Shown here: positions 8,885 to 19,725 of the stretch, piece after piece
How the letters are laid out: each line of letters opens with the position of its first letter
Numbering within the stretch: position 1 is the stretch's first letter
From: a virus
DNA: 64,000 nucleotides
IMG/VR virus record: IMGVR_UViG_3300027861_004304
Span: 7,938 to 71,937 of that record
Reading direction: 5' to 3' (one strand)
Program-made: the position numbers and the translations under genes
The notes under the pieces: generated by a model
What the model was told of the DNA's origin: nothing
Seen by the model: only the letters and a program-made list of their open reading frames with translations
Databases searched by the model: none

Positions 8885-11800
8885 TTCTTATTCCGCCCCT
8901 TTTTGCTTTTCTTTTTCTTTGAAGTTGCCACTATCAATGGATCTTCTTTAATTTCTGCGACCTTTTGGTTGACTCCATCATCTTCAAGTCCTTTACCGAA
9001 GCCTATTTTCGCGTCAATATCGGCAAATTCAACCAAAGAGAAGAAATCATAGGGCCAGTTATAACTATATTGGAGTTGATCAGTCTTTTTACCAGTTTCC
9101 TTGGCAATTTTGCTAAAATAATTATTATTTGCTCTTTGTTTCACCTTAAAAACCATCCACTGCAAGCAATCCTCAATCTGTTCGTCTTCTCCGTTTCCAA
9201 AAGAACCCATTAGTTCATTAGAGAACAGCTTATGAGAGATCGAAGCCTCGGCTTCAGAAAAAGATACATCTTTAACCGGCGGATAAAGGTTTTGAGCGAT
9301 ATAAGCAAGATCATTCTGATCAAAGGTCTTATCAAATTCAAAAATGTACATCGCAAATGGAGTCACTGCACTCAGATTCGTGACAAAATCCATTCTTGGT
9401 GGAAAAACGTATTTCTTCATCTTGTTGACCATGTCTTTTATGGTCTGTGGGACTGTGGATGCTGTTTTCTCATCTGCCATTGCGCCGGCTGCTGCCCCTT
9501 CTGCTGCTGCCATGGCTGCCGCTCGGGCTCTCGCCTGCTTAACGTCAGCTTCGTTGTCAAAAAATTCTCCTGAGATTTTATCGAGTCCCTCGAGGGCTGC
9601 GCGAGCAGTATAAGAAGCCATGGAGACGGCTTTATCTGAGGAAATTGAATTTAATTCACCCAATGCTTTTCTAATTGTATCCGACGGGATTTCAAAATAT
9701 TGTCTTTCACCATTTCTAACCACAAAGGGTACTGCGACGACTGCTTCTGAGACAGTTAAAGACTCGGCCAAGTTGCCCATTCTTGTTTTGTTTGTCCCAA
9801 GCGGGCTGCTAAATCCGACCAGCTTGCTTAAATCTTCAAATTTTGGATTTTTATAGACGGTCATGTCAATTCCAGACAGCTTTTCCATATTGAATGTGCT
9901 GCTGGAGACTGCTCCACGGACCTCTCGCCAACCTTGCGGGATGGCGTCAATTTCATAGTAAACTCCCCTGTCCGCCTCAATCGATCCAAAATTAGGCCAA
10001 CCACCAATCGGAGTGCTCGCAGAGCCGATAAGGGGCAGGGTGGGCGCAGCATATCCAACACTATTTGTGTTGTAATTGAACATGGGTTTTTCATGTTTTG
10101 GTTGGATAACCCATTTATCACCCTCTTTGCCCAGTAGATTAAACGTTGCGTCAACCTGCATGGCGTACGCGTTTGCATATCGAGCGCTCATTGGAGTTGA
10201 AAAATCTTGGAAGGCGGTATTCTCATTTGTCGACCAAATGGCTTGTTGTCTTGGTGTCCCGTAGGTTGATCCAGAAAAGGTTCCAGTAGGTCCAGTTAAC
10301 AGATCATTTTCCAGCGGATCAATGCGCCAGTAATTACTAACACCCTGTGAAAATATCTCATCTATAGTTATTTTACCACTCGTTTTCGCTTTAAATACAA
10401 AATCCCACCAGCCCTCGCCACCGTGAGGGGCTGGTTGCCCGCACTCATTGTGACCAGTCAAGCAATCAGAGGCGAATGCATCCGTATTGTAGGCGGCGAC
10501 GAAAGGAATATCATCGAGAGTTGCATTTTCACCAACATTGGACGCGCGGTAGCCCAGATATGTAGTTCCCGCGACAGGAGGGAACCACGCCGATGGGTTT
10601 GTTGGGGCCCACGTAAAGGTTTCTCTAAAATCTTGCATTTCCCCCATCAAAATTCTAGGATCTTGGGGTACGTCGCCCCAGGGGATTACATTTCCAAGGG
10701 CGGAATAATCTAGCCACTGGCGAGGTTTGTTTGTTGTTCTATATACTTTCAATCTCATTCCGTAGGATGTTCCCGATGCGACTGTTAAAAAGTTGCCCTC
10801 TGGGACACTTTCCAGGCGGGAGTACTCTCCACGAGGCATAAAAAATTCTGTATGTGCTGCCAAATAATTTGACATAGCTCTAGAATACAATTTATCCCCT
10901 TCCCCATTCCAGTTTGCTACCACATCCAGGGAAGAACTTGGGGAGGGTTCCAGATCATAAATATCAATTTTTGCAGCATACTTTTCTGGCTCCACAAGGG
11001 ACTCGAAAGGAAGCCTGAAATCCCAGGAAGCGCTATAAAAAGTTGAATGCGGTGTGCTATAAGTTTTTTGGGTGCCCAGAGCAAACATGTTGCTATAAGA
11101 TCTCTGCAGTGCAGATCCGCTAGCCTGATATGTTACATAATTGATCACTTGGGGCTCGGATGACATTCCTGGATGATCTACCGCCATGCATGATTTTTCC
11201 ATATTAAAAAAGATTCCGGGGGAAAAGAATTGCGTTAAAAATGGGCGGAATCGCGCGTTTGTTAAACTGGAATCCAGTCCTGAATATGCTATATTCTTTC
11301 CGTAAGATTGGGAAAATAGACTCGCCAATTGCAGGCCTCGTTCAGCCGGGAAAAAACCGTCATAAGGCAAGAATTTTTTAAGGGCGCGGCATTTGAGAGT
11401 GATCGTTGTTGGATTTATTACGTCACCCTCGAGATCCTTCTTTATGAGAGAGAAGTTTTTCAGAAAATCGGTATGTGAATAAATCTCGAAGAAACCATCC
11501 TGGGTGCTGTCAACAATCGTCCCAGTAGCGCCAGGGATTGATAACCAATTATCGTTCTTGGCCAGGAAATCACCATTTTGCTTGTTCAGATAGAAGTCAA
11601 TCTGGTCGCTCATCCTGAACTCTGGCAAAATTGACTTATGCTGGTTCTTCAACCTCAGATTAATATTGAAATCAGAGTATGAATCATAAAACGGCTGTGA
11701 CGGAGAACTAACCCAGGCACCGTTTTTGATGTAACCGGCTTGGGTTCCGGCCTCCCAAAGCGCCTGGCCACCACATGTCGCGACTTTTCCAAGCGGATAA

Positions 11801-14800
11801 GGTTGAAATGTGCCAGTGAGACAGGAGCCGGCACCGCATGGAGGCTGGGGTGTTACTGAGGCGACCCAGTCCGCAAAGGCGCCGCTAGTTTGTGGAAGCG
11901 GAGTTGTAATTGTCCTATCTGAATAATCGGCCGTCGAAGGATATACTGCTTTCGGTGGCGCCCAACCGAACTGGCCGACAGAGAATGCGGATTGTAGGGT
12001 ATGTTTCCTGCTATAAAGGGGAGCGGCGATGAGATAATTTTTATCGGGCGGGAGATATCCAAAAGGGCACGGAGTCCAGCCGCCGGCGTTGTCACCGCTC
12101 GGGGTGATCCCCGAAGCAGAAAAGATCATATTAACATTTGCTGTGCCGGGACTCAAAGAAATATCCAAAACAGGATATCCGTCACCTCTGGAATAAAATG
12201 GGTTTCGGTAGTTGGCCGGGGTTCCAACTGGATAAACTCTAAGATCGGCGGGCCAATAGATGCCGACGGCATTAATCAAGCGCGCGACAGTCGGTGTGGT
12301 GACAGTTGTATCCGGATCCCAAGAAGCGCTGCCTCCATTCGTTGGTGGGCGCCCCGCATTGGCGGGGCCCATCCAGGCCGCGAAGGATGTGGCCGGATTG
12401 GCGGGTTCAGAGCCCATTCTGTACCAGCCAATTGGTCGAAGAGTGTAGTCATCGAATGTTGGTATGAAACTCATATTTGGAGGGCAGCCATCGTTATACA
12501 TTTTTTCAACCAAAGAGGGATTATAAGAGTGAATGGAATAATTGAAAAAACTAACCTCAGTAATATCCCCTTCAAAAACATTATTAATGAAATAGGAGTT
12601 TGTTGATGCGCCGGTAGTGCTTCCGGTGAGGGTCGCAATATCTGTATTGTAGGAGACATCGTGGCCAATGGCGCCGGTTGACGCATTGAGCGTCCCGTAA
12701 TAGGGTTGTGTTGTGGGCGTAGTTGTAATGGCACCCAAGGAAACCAGTGCTCCATTGATATAAAGCTTAATTCTATCGTCAGTTGACGCGTCCTCGCCGG
12801 GTGTTGTCGCATCATAGCAACACAAAATGTGGTACCAGCTTGAGCCCACATCAAGGCTTATACTCGAGGTCGCTGTGTCGACATGAAAACCAGCAGAAGT
12901 AGAAATTACTGTCTCTGTTCCAACGTACAGGTCCGCAGAGCTTGGGTTCGCACCGGTTAAAAACAAACGGACGGAACATGTTCCGGGGGTCGGCGTTACT
13001 GGTCGCGTATGGTCAGAAGAAGCGAATGAAATTATGTGGGCTTTCCTCGAATTACTTAAACCGGCCGGGGAGGACGCCGGCGCCTTCGGTCTAACCCAGG
13101 CCGAAAGAGTATAAGCATTTGGAACGCCAGAGGTAGGCGAACCATTACCAACCGCGTATTCGCCAAATTGTCGTGCGTTAAATCCCTTATTTTCATAAGT
13201 TCCACTATCAAGCAATTCATTATATAAAACCGCGCCAAAGAGCAAGGGAGCAATTGTGCCCGGATATGATGAGGGACCCTGATAGCTGCAACTCAACGCA
13301 TAACTTGATGAAAAGAGCGGGGCACTTGAAAAACATTGAGAATAATTGTTTTGAAGTTCGCCGGGGTGTCCGAGAGTAGAACCACCTAGGGTCCCGGATC
13401 CGGGCCCAACGACTGTTACTGAGAAGTCCAAATCATTTGAAACATAAATGGGGCCCGTTTCAAAATCGTCATTGGCATCCATAGCCCAGGCGCTCTGAAC
13501 CACAACTGGCTGCTGAACGGAATATGCGGCCGGATTTGGCTCAAAAGCCTGAATTCCCATAGAATTAAAGCCATAGGGGCCTGTGCCGGGGGGCAGGCCT
13601 CCTGGGACAAACACTGCTGTTGTAAGCGTCGAAAAGTCTATGAATTTTTTAGCACCTTGCAAGGTTCTTGCTGATCTGTCGGTTCTCCAAAATGTATTTG
13701 AATATTCGTTTCTCTTTCTATTCATGGAGCTAAATTTATTCTTTGGTGCGGGATATATGGGAGCAGAATATACCAGTTCCACGAGAGATTCAACCGGAGA
13801 ACTTGTGGAATCCATATTGTGAATCATGTCAGATAGGGGGCCATAACCCGTGTCCTCAAAAAGATCCGCCTCTTCGTATTTCACATCGCCATTTGGATCC
13901 AAATTATACTGACCCAGGGCTGTTTTGGCGATCATATGTGGCAACAAAACCGGTCTCAAATGATTTAATGCCGAAGCGCAAGCTTTCAATTGAGAATTGG
14001 CAAAAGAATAAGCATTGATCAGAGAGACTTCAAGATTGATAACATTTTCACTATCGATATCGGATGATCCAAACGCTTTGACGCCGAACATGGCGCCCAG
14101 CGGAAGGGACCGGGCTTGGACTGCTGGCTCACAGTAAAGAGTAGTTGATGTGCCGGCGACGGTGCGAGGGAATGTCTCATATGAGAAATTTACCAATCTG
14201 TCTTCTACACACCCAATAAAGTTGTTTTTCCTCAGATATCGCGAGGTGGAGGTTTCTCCGGATCTAAGCTGTTTCCAAGATGGGTATTGATAGGGTCCAT
14301 TTCTGTGAAGATTCAGGACGTTTAAGAGATCAGGCAGTCTGTTTCCATCGAATGGGCCTTTTCCGGCTCCACCTCCGGTGGCCGGGGTTGGAATGGCTTC
14401 ATAGCTTAAAATATCACCATAATCAAAATTTGAAGCTTCTGTTTTGTCTGCTTGGTTTATCTTTGGCACAGCAGACTTTTGTAATGGATAAAAGCACCTC
14501 GCAGATGTATATTGTTCCTGAATCGGCTCATATACGAGTTGGTTCATCCCCACAAAATCAACAAATCCGATAGCGGTTTTAGCAGAGGATCCAACTATGG
14601 CGAATGTCACCGGAGGAATTGAGGCGCTTACAGCCGAAGGGACATAAAAATCTTTTGGCCAATATCCGAAACCGGCTGGAGTTATGGACTCAAGAGACGC
14701 CGTGATCCAAGCATATCTAAGGTCTGTCGCCGGGATTGGATGCTGAACCCAATAATTATCACGTTGGGTGCCTGTGACAATAGATCCGTCTGCCAATTCT

Positions 14801-17800
14801 TGCATGACCATTCTGGAATTTCTGTTTACTTGATAGAAAGATCCCGTCCCAGAGTAATTTTGAGCGTTCACTGTCGAACCAGGAATCCCGAATTCAGGAA
14901 CGCCGCTATAATATCCAAACTGGTTAACGCTCGGAGTCAACATGAAGTCTCTCAATGGCCCTCGGACCATGCTATTTCTCCAGTTGAGTTGGTTATTCGG
15001 TGAGAATTCTGCTGCGTATCGGTCTAGACCTGGGCCGCCGTTGCTATCTCCCATGGTGCTGGGATCACCTGGTGCTGAAAACCTGGAAACCATTACATGT
15101 TCCGTGCGCCCTCTTTGAATTTTAGCAGCATCAAACATTCCTCCGACGAAAGCAGATGCAGACAAAGTTGTATCGCTCGGGTCGTTAAGCAAGCTCCAGG
15201 GGCCTTGACGCGTCCACGCTCTGTTATTTGATGTTCTGCCCGGCGCTTGAACGATTTCATAATCTTTTCTAAAGTTTCCGATATTGGAATGCAGGGTTCC
15301 CGAAACATAGCCTGTTGGCTGTCCAACGACTTGCTTAATATTTTGAATGTTTATGGGCCTCTTCGCCATGGGGGCGCGATATAAAGTTGCCCTGGGAAGG
15401 TTGAATGGCTGTGCCAGGATTTTCACAACCCCAGTTGATGAAGTAATTTGCCACGCTTCGGCTCTATTCGTGGCAGTATCGGCGCCGGTCTGGTTTAAAT
15501 CAGTGTGGCGGACCTGCATGCCTCCAACAAATTTCTCTGTGAATGGGCCTTGGAGGGGAACTAAGGAGTCAACGGTGTCAACATGAATTTTTGTCATGTC
15601 AACATTGTGGCCTAAATCTGCTGATATTTTCAGGGCGTATTTGTTGACGGTCGTGGTGGTCAATATGGTAAATGGAACAATTCTTTCGCCTTTGACGGAT
15701 TGATAATCAAACGAATCTGAAAATGTAGTTAAACTTCCTTCTGCCTTGAAGGCTGAATACTTAAGTTTTCTCTTTATTAATGGATTATCAGAAGTATTCG
15801 GGGCGTAGCTCTCAATATTGGCGGTTGTTAGATAAATGCCATCCGTGTCTCCGGTGATCGGTCTCACATGAGGAAGAGTGTTCTTTAAATAATCGTTATC
15901 CTTGTTGATATATGAATTCACTCCACCGTCAATAGGTTTATCCAGCATCATTCTGAGCGTTTCAACTGTGCGATGGCCTCCAGAAAGCCCTCGTTGGGAT
16001 TGGCGTCGATAAATATTTCTATTTGCATCCACTTCTGGATTTCCGGAAGAAATAGCTGGCGTGGCGCTATCGGCGAAGCGGGCCCACCAAGCACGGTTGA
16101 ATTCGGGGTCATCATTAACTGGGTGTCTGTTATTTTCATATGACTGGGCGAATTCTTGCGGAAGACTTTTCCACTTACCAGGTTGGAAAATTTCTTGCCC
16201 GCCCTTGCGCAGACCCGAATTATCATTGGAATCAAGATCTAGTTGATTAAACCCCTTGCCACTCATGCCAGTCTTGTCGGCTTCCCACGTTTCCAAGCAA
16301 TTGCCGGCGTCATCAAATTTCTGGCAACCTTCGTTGTTTTCCAGATCTGGTATCCGAGTTTCCAACGTTGGAAATTTGGTCCAGTACTTATTCCTTTCAA
16401 GAACATGGCTTTCTACCATATTTCTCATACTATCGGAAAACTTTGCAGAAGCAGGAATTAACTGATTTAGGAAATTTGATAAAGAATTGTCAATCCATTT
16501 ATAAAACTCAATATATCTGTCTAAATCTGGCTCATTTTGAACCCTTTCGAAGAAAAGTTGCCGCAATTTTGACAATTGTTTGTATTCTTGCCTATATCTA
16601 TTGACAGGATCACCGATTAAAGTGTTAAAATCAACAATTGTGGCAAAAACATTCAATATCTCTTCGGAAATATTCTGATACATGCTCTTTTCAATTGCGA
16701 AAAAGTATTCAATCGGGCGATTCACCAATTGATATACGTCGTCTGTTTCATCGATGTTTATCATATCAGCGCTTTGAATGTTCTCTGGAATTGTTTGCTT
16801 GCCGCTGTAAACAAATCTTGTATCCAAAACTTTGCTGCTGTCTGCTGGGAAGAAATCTGCCTTTCCTGGGTGTTGAGTGCCAACAACTTCACCCATCCAT
16901 CTATATCTGCTTTGCCTCTCGGTTGATCCGGACGACAAATCGGGAACAAAAAATTCTCCTGATGCGTCGGATCCCGTTAAAGTATCAAACTCCCAATTAA
17001 GAGCCAAAGTCTCCATTTCTGGGATTAGAACCCCAGAAAGGGGAGTTGAATATAGATATGTGCTTTCATAAGGATGAATGACCCCGTGATTTTCAGGATC
17101 TCGACTGTGAGCTTGAATAGCCTGATCATTTAAGTAAGATGTCCAATATCTGACGGATCCTAGCTTAACGTCCGTTTCTTCCAGGAGAGATCCAGTAAAA
17201 TTGGTTCTATGTGCGCCGGCATAAATTCTTTTTGGTTGATTTATAAATCCTAATCGGCTGGTGTAAGACACAGGTAAAGAAGCAGTTAAGAGAAATTCGT
17301 TCGCGACAATTCCAGCATCAGAATTGACGCCGTATAGTTCCAAAATGCGTGGTGGCGAGCTTGATCCGCTTACTAAGTCGAGGCCATAAACGCTTGGAGA
17401 GAACCTTACAGCAAAATTCCATTTTTGATTATCATAAACATCATAAAATAAAGAACTCGTTAATTGTCCGGTGCCTGCCGAAGAGCTATAGTTCATTTGA
17501 AAATGAACATTATCTGATTCAATTTCTTCTCTGATTGAGTATACTTGCATATTCCAATCGGAAGCTGGCCAAGTGTAATCGCCAGGAGATGATGTAAGGG
17601 CTGTATGGAAACCAAACAAGGAGGAGGTTATAAAATTTGTTGGAAAGTATTCTGGGTGGCTTTGAGTTAATTTTTTTGGAAAAATTGCTTCTGCTTCTAG
17701 AGTAAAAGAGGTGTTCCCTTCTCCACCACCCCCGCCCGAAGCGCTTATAAAAGATCTTGCATCTGAACCGGGGGAGCTTGCGGTATGTTGATAAACCGAA

Positions 17801-19725
17801 CCGCCAAATCTTGCTGTTTCATTAAAATCTACATATTTCTTGCGCGTTGAATTGACCTCGTAATTATCTCTGAATTGATATGTTGCATTGTCTCCGTAAA
17901 GATTGATTTTAACCAAGTCTGTATCAATGCCGTAGCACCTCATGAGGTTCCGAAAGGCCTTCATATTCCCTTTGGATTTGTAGATGTAAACAAGGTTGTT
18001 GTAAATATTTTTATAAATTAAATTCTTGATGTCTGTCAAATCAAGATCAAATTTCTTAGTCTCGTCTCTATTGGAAATCTGTTCTAAAATTGTTGAATCA
18101 ACAAAAATCTCAGAAGTTGACAGGCCAAAGCCCTCGAGCAGCTTATATGAGAAAGGAAGAGGCTTTGTTGTTGCTCCTGGATAGGTTACGTCCTTGAGTT
18201 TGGGATAATTTTCAATTTGAAGATAAAGAGTGTCCAAATAACTTGACAAAACTTGACTTAATTTTAATAATTCCTGTCCCGATTCATCATCTTCTTCAAT
18301 TATCCAGGTTGGCATCGTATAATAAAAGGAAGCATTGTTTGTTAGATCATAAGTTGATCCGGAAGATTCTAAAGATGTTCTTGTTGAGACAACGTCTGGG
18401 TGAAAAGAATAAATGATTGGATCTTTGAACTCGCTTTCTTTTCCGAGATACAGATCAATTGCCGATGAGGTTGATCTCGCTTCGGCGGAGTATCCAACCC
18501 ACGTTCCGTTTGAAATTCTGCCAGAATAATCAAGAGCGATAGAGTCGGTTGCGGCAATTCCGGTGATTCCTTCGTTGAACTTGAGATAAACACCAAGATC
18601 AGTATTCGCTTCGTCGTTGTTTGTCCCTCCGCCGTATTGAGTAAACCAATATCTGCCAATTTCTTCTGATGTTCTTGCTGTTTTCCAATAGCGGAATTCG
18701 TCAATTGAACCAGAAAGCTTTGCGGATCCTTCCGGAACTCCAATAAACCCGTCATAAGAAAATGGTCTTGTAGCGCCCAAGTTGGCGATCAAAGATCCGG
18801 TAACTTCGCCAATTGCATTGCCGGCGCTGATGGTTGTGTCTTTTAATTGACCGTCAAGATATGCCTTAGAGACGGCATCGCTTCCAGAATTTTGAAAAGA
18901 GATGGCGACGTGATGCCAATTATTATCAATAAGCTCACTAGTCGTTATCCCCGAATAGATATATATATCGCTTACAGTGCCGGAAGTAAAAGAGGCCACC
19001 AATGGGGTGTCTGATGCTCCCGAATTGCTTGTTAGAAAGAATATTTGGAGGGATCCCGAAGTATCTGTACCCGTTTCATCGTTTGTTAGGTGAAAAAGAT
19101 ATTCAACGTCCGAGGATGCTGTCGGAATAAGAGCTTCTTTCTTAATCCAAGTTTCAATTGTGACGCCCTGGTTGAAATCAAATTTTAAATTAGATTCACG
19201 ATTCTTATCTGGATCGTAAAAGTTGGAATTTTCAAAAGTATTTGAAAGATCTTTCCCAATCATACCAGAAGAAGCTGTATGTGGACCACCCACGATTTGA
19301 ATATATTCAACAATATCAGGGAGACCGATCGTAATAGAGCCCGATGTAACACTTGAATCCACCGAGCCCCATCCATTCGGGGAAATCGTCGCATAACCAG
19401 TCGTTCTTGGATAAACATTATCATAAATATACAAGTCAAGATAAGTGGAATTATTAAAAAATTCTGTTTGTTCTCTTAATGACCCATCATATGGGTATTG
19501 ATTAACAATTCTGTCAAAAGAGTCGCTGTAATATTTGACAGCGGATCCAAAATGAGCGAAGGTTTCTGGCCTGCTGTAATCTTTTTGAGGAATGAACCTA
19601 TTTTTTTCGATAATCTTCTGTTTAATGTTGCCAGATGACTCAACAGATTTGCCTAATTTTTCTAGATCCGTAGAAGATACAACAGATTGCGGTATTCTTT
19701 TATCAAAAAGTTTTCTAATACTCAT
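8881..19725 (-). CDS. Giant virion (baseplate/tail) protein with about three LamG/concanavalin-A-like domains
   Basis: 3614 aa; LamG signatures TIETWIK...WHHVAIS...YLDG...SGSIDEFRYW (~18680-19170), FTLEAE...KWNFAVRF...VRYW (~17100-17710) and YTLSAWVRP...WYHILCCYD...LYING...FEGDITEVSFFN (~12540-13120). Confidence 0.75.
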   Translation of the reverse strand: MSIRKLFDKRIPQSVVSSTDLEKLGKSVESSGNIKQKIIEKNRFIPQKDYSRPETFAHFGSAVKYYSDSFDRIVNQYPYDGSLREQTEFFNNSTYLDLYIYDNVYPRTTGYATISPNGWGSVDSSVTSGSITIGLPDIVEYIQIVGGPHTASSGMIGKDLSNTFENSNFYDPDKNRESNLKFDFNQGVTIETWIKKEALIPTASSDVEYLFHLTNDETGTDTSGSLQIFFLTSNSGASDTPLVASFTSGTVSDIYIYSGITTSELIDNNWHHVAISFQNSGSDAVSKAYLDGQLKDTTISAGNAIGEVTGSLIANLGATRPFSYDGFIGVPEGSAKLSGSIDEFRYWKTARTSEEIGRYWFTQYGGGTNNDEANTDLGVYLKFNEGITGIAATDSIALDYSGRISNGTWVGYSAEARSTSSAIDLYLGKESEFKDPIIYSFHPDVVSTRTSLESSGSTYDLTNNASFYYTMPTWIIEEDDESGQELLKLSQVLSSYLDTLYLQIENYPKLKDVTYPGATTKPLPFSYKLLEGFGLSTSEIFVDSTILEQISNRDETKKFDLDLTDIKNLIYKNIYNNLVYIYKSKGNMKAFRNLMRCYGIDTDLVKINLYGDNATYQFRDNYEVNSTRKKYVDFNETARFGGSVYQHTASSPGSDARSFISASGGGGGEGNTSFTLEAEAIFPKKLTQSHPEYFPTNFITSSLFGFHTALTSSPGDYTWPASDWNMQVYSIREEIESDNVHFQMNYSSSAGTGQLTSSLFYDVYDNQKWNFAVRFSPSVYGLDLVSGSSSPPRILELYGVNSDAGIVANEFLLTASLPVSYTSRLGFINQPKRIYAGAHRTNFTGSLLEETDVKLGSVRYWTSYLNDQAIQAHSRDPENHGVIHPYESTYLYSTPLSGVLIPEMETLALNWEFDTLTGSDASGEFFVPDLSSGSTERQSRYRWMGEVVGTQHPGKADFFPADSSKVLDTRFVYSGKQTIPENIQSADMINIDETDDVYQLVNRPIEYFFAIEKSMYQNISEEILNVFATIVDFNTLIGDPVNRYRQEYKQLSKLRQLFFERVQNEPDLDRYIEFYKWIDNSLSNFLNQLIPASAKFSDSMRNMVESHVLERNKYWTKFPTLETRIPDLENNEGCQKFDDAGNCLETWEADKTGMSGKGFNQLDLDSNDNSGLRKGGQEIFQPGKWKSLPQEFAQSYENNRHPVNDDPEFNRAWWARFADSATPAISSGNPEVDANRNIYRRQSQRGLSGGHRTVETLRMMLDKPIDGGVNSYINKDNDYLKNTLPHVRPITGDTDGIYLTTANIESYAPNTSDNPLIKRKLKYSAFKAEGSLTTFSDSFDYQSVKGERIVPFTILTTTTVNKYALKISADLGHNVDMTKIHVDTVDSLVPLQGPFTEKFVGGMQVRHTDLNQTGADTATNRAEAWQITSSTGVVKILAQPFNLPRATLYRAPMAKRPINIQNIKQVVGQPTGYVSGTLHSNIGNFRKDYEIVQAPGRTSNNRAWTRQGPWSLLNDPSDTTLSASAFVGGMFDAAKIQRGRTEHVMVSRFSAPGDPSTMGDSNGGPGLDRYAAEFSPNNQLNWRNSMVRGPLRDFMLTPSVNQFGYYSGVPEFGIPGSTVNAQNYSGTGSFYQVNRNSRMVMQELADGSIVTGTQRDNYWVQHPIPATDLRYAWITASLESITPAGFGYWPKDFYVPSAVSASIPPVTFAIVGSSAKTAIGFVDFVGMNQLVYEPIQEQYTSARCFYPLQKSAVPKINQADKTEASNFDYGDILSYEAIPTPATGGGAGKGPFDGNRLPDLLNVLNLHRNGPYQYPSWKQLRSGETSTSRYLRKNNFIGCVEDRLVNFSYETFPRTVAGTSTTLYCEPAVQARSLPLGAMFGVKAFGSSDIDSENVINLEVSLINAYSFANSQLKACASALNHLRPVLLPHMIAKTALGQYNLDPNGDVKYEEADLFEDTGYGPLSDMIHNMDSTSSPVESLVELVYSAPIYPAPKNKFSSMNRKRNEYSNTFWRTDRSARTLQGAKKFIDFSTLTTAVFVPGGLPPGTGPYGFNSMGIQAFEPNPAAYSVQQPVVVQSAWAMDANDDFETGPIYVSNDLDFSVTVVGPGSGTLGGSTLGHPGELQNNYSQCFSSAPLFSSSYALSCSYQGPSSYPGTIAPLLFGAVLYNELLDSGTYENKGFNARQFGEYAVGNGSPTSGVPNAYTLSAWVRPKAPASSPAGLSNSRKAHIISFASSDHTRPVTPTPGTCSVRLFLTGANPSSADLYVGTETVISTSAGFHVDTATSSISLDVGSSWYHILCCYDATTPGEDASTDDRIKLYINGALVSLGAITTTPTTQPYYGTLNASTGAIGHDVSYNTDIATLTGSTTGASTNSYFINNVFEGDITEVSFFNYSIHSYNPSLVEKMYNDGCPPNMSFIPTFDDYTLRPIGWYRMGSEPANPATSFAAWMGPANAGRPPTNGGSASWDPDTTVTTPTVARLINAVGIYWPADLRVYPVGTPANYRNPFYSRGDGYPVLDISLSPGTANVNMIFSASGITPSGDNAGGWTPCPFGYLPPDKNYLIAAPLYSRKHTLQSAFSVGQFGWAPPKAVYPSTADYSDRTITTPLPQTSGAFADWVASVTPQPPCGAGSCLTGTFQPYPLGKVATCGGQALWEAGTQAGYIKNGAWVSSPSQPFYDSYSDFNINLRLKNQHKSILPEFRMSDQIDFYLNKQNGDFLAKNDNWLSIPGATGTIVDSTQDGFFEIYSHTDFLKNFSLIKKDLEGDVINPTTITLKCRALKKFLPYDGFFPAERGLQLASLFSQSYGKNIAYSGLDSSLTNARFRPFLTQFFSPGIFFNMEKSCMAVDHPGMSSEPQVINYVTYQASGSALQRSYSNMFALGTQKTYSTPHSTFYSASWDFRLPFESLVEPEKYAAKIDIYDLEPSPSSSLDVVANWNGEGDKLYSRAMSNYLAAHTEFFMPRGEYSRLESVPEGNFLTVASGTSYGMRLKVYRTTNKPRQWLDYSALGNVIPWGDVPQDPRILMGEMQDFRETFTWAPTNPSAWFPPVAGTTYLGYRASNVGENATLDDIPFVAAYNTDAFASDCLTGHNECGQPAPHGGEGWWDFVFKAKTSGKITIDEIFSQGVSNYWRIDPLENDLLTGPTGTFSGSTYGTPRQQAIWSTNENTAFQDFSTPMSARYANAYAMQVDATFNLLGKEGDKWVIQPKHEKPMFNYNTNSVGYAAPTLPLIGSASTPIGGWPNFGSIEADRGVYYEIDAIPQGWREVRGAVSSSTFNMEKLSGIDMTVYKNPKFEDLSKLVGFSSPLGTNKTRMGNLAESLTVSEAVVAVPFVVRNGERQYFEIPSDTIRKALGELNSISSDKAVSMASYTARAALEGLDKISGEFFDNEADVKQARARAAAMAAAEGAAAGAMADEKTASTVPQTIKDMVNKMKKYVFPPRMDFVTNLSAVTPFAMYIFEFDKTFDQNDLAYIAQNLYPPVKDVSFSEAEASISHKLFSNELMGSFGNGEDEQIEDCLQWMVFKVKQRANNNYFSKIAKETGKKTDQLQYSYNWPYDFFSLVEFADIDAKIGFGKGLEDDGVNQKVAEIKEDPLIVATSKKKKSKKGRNKK

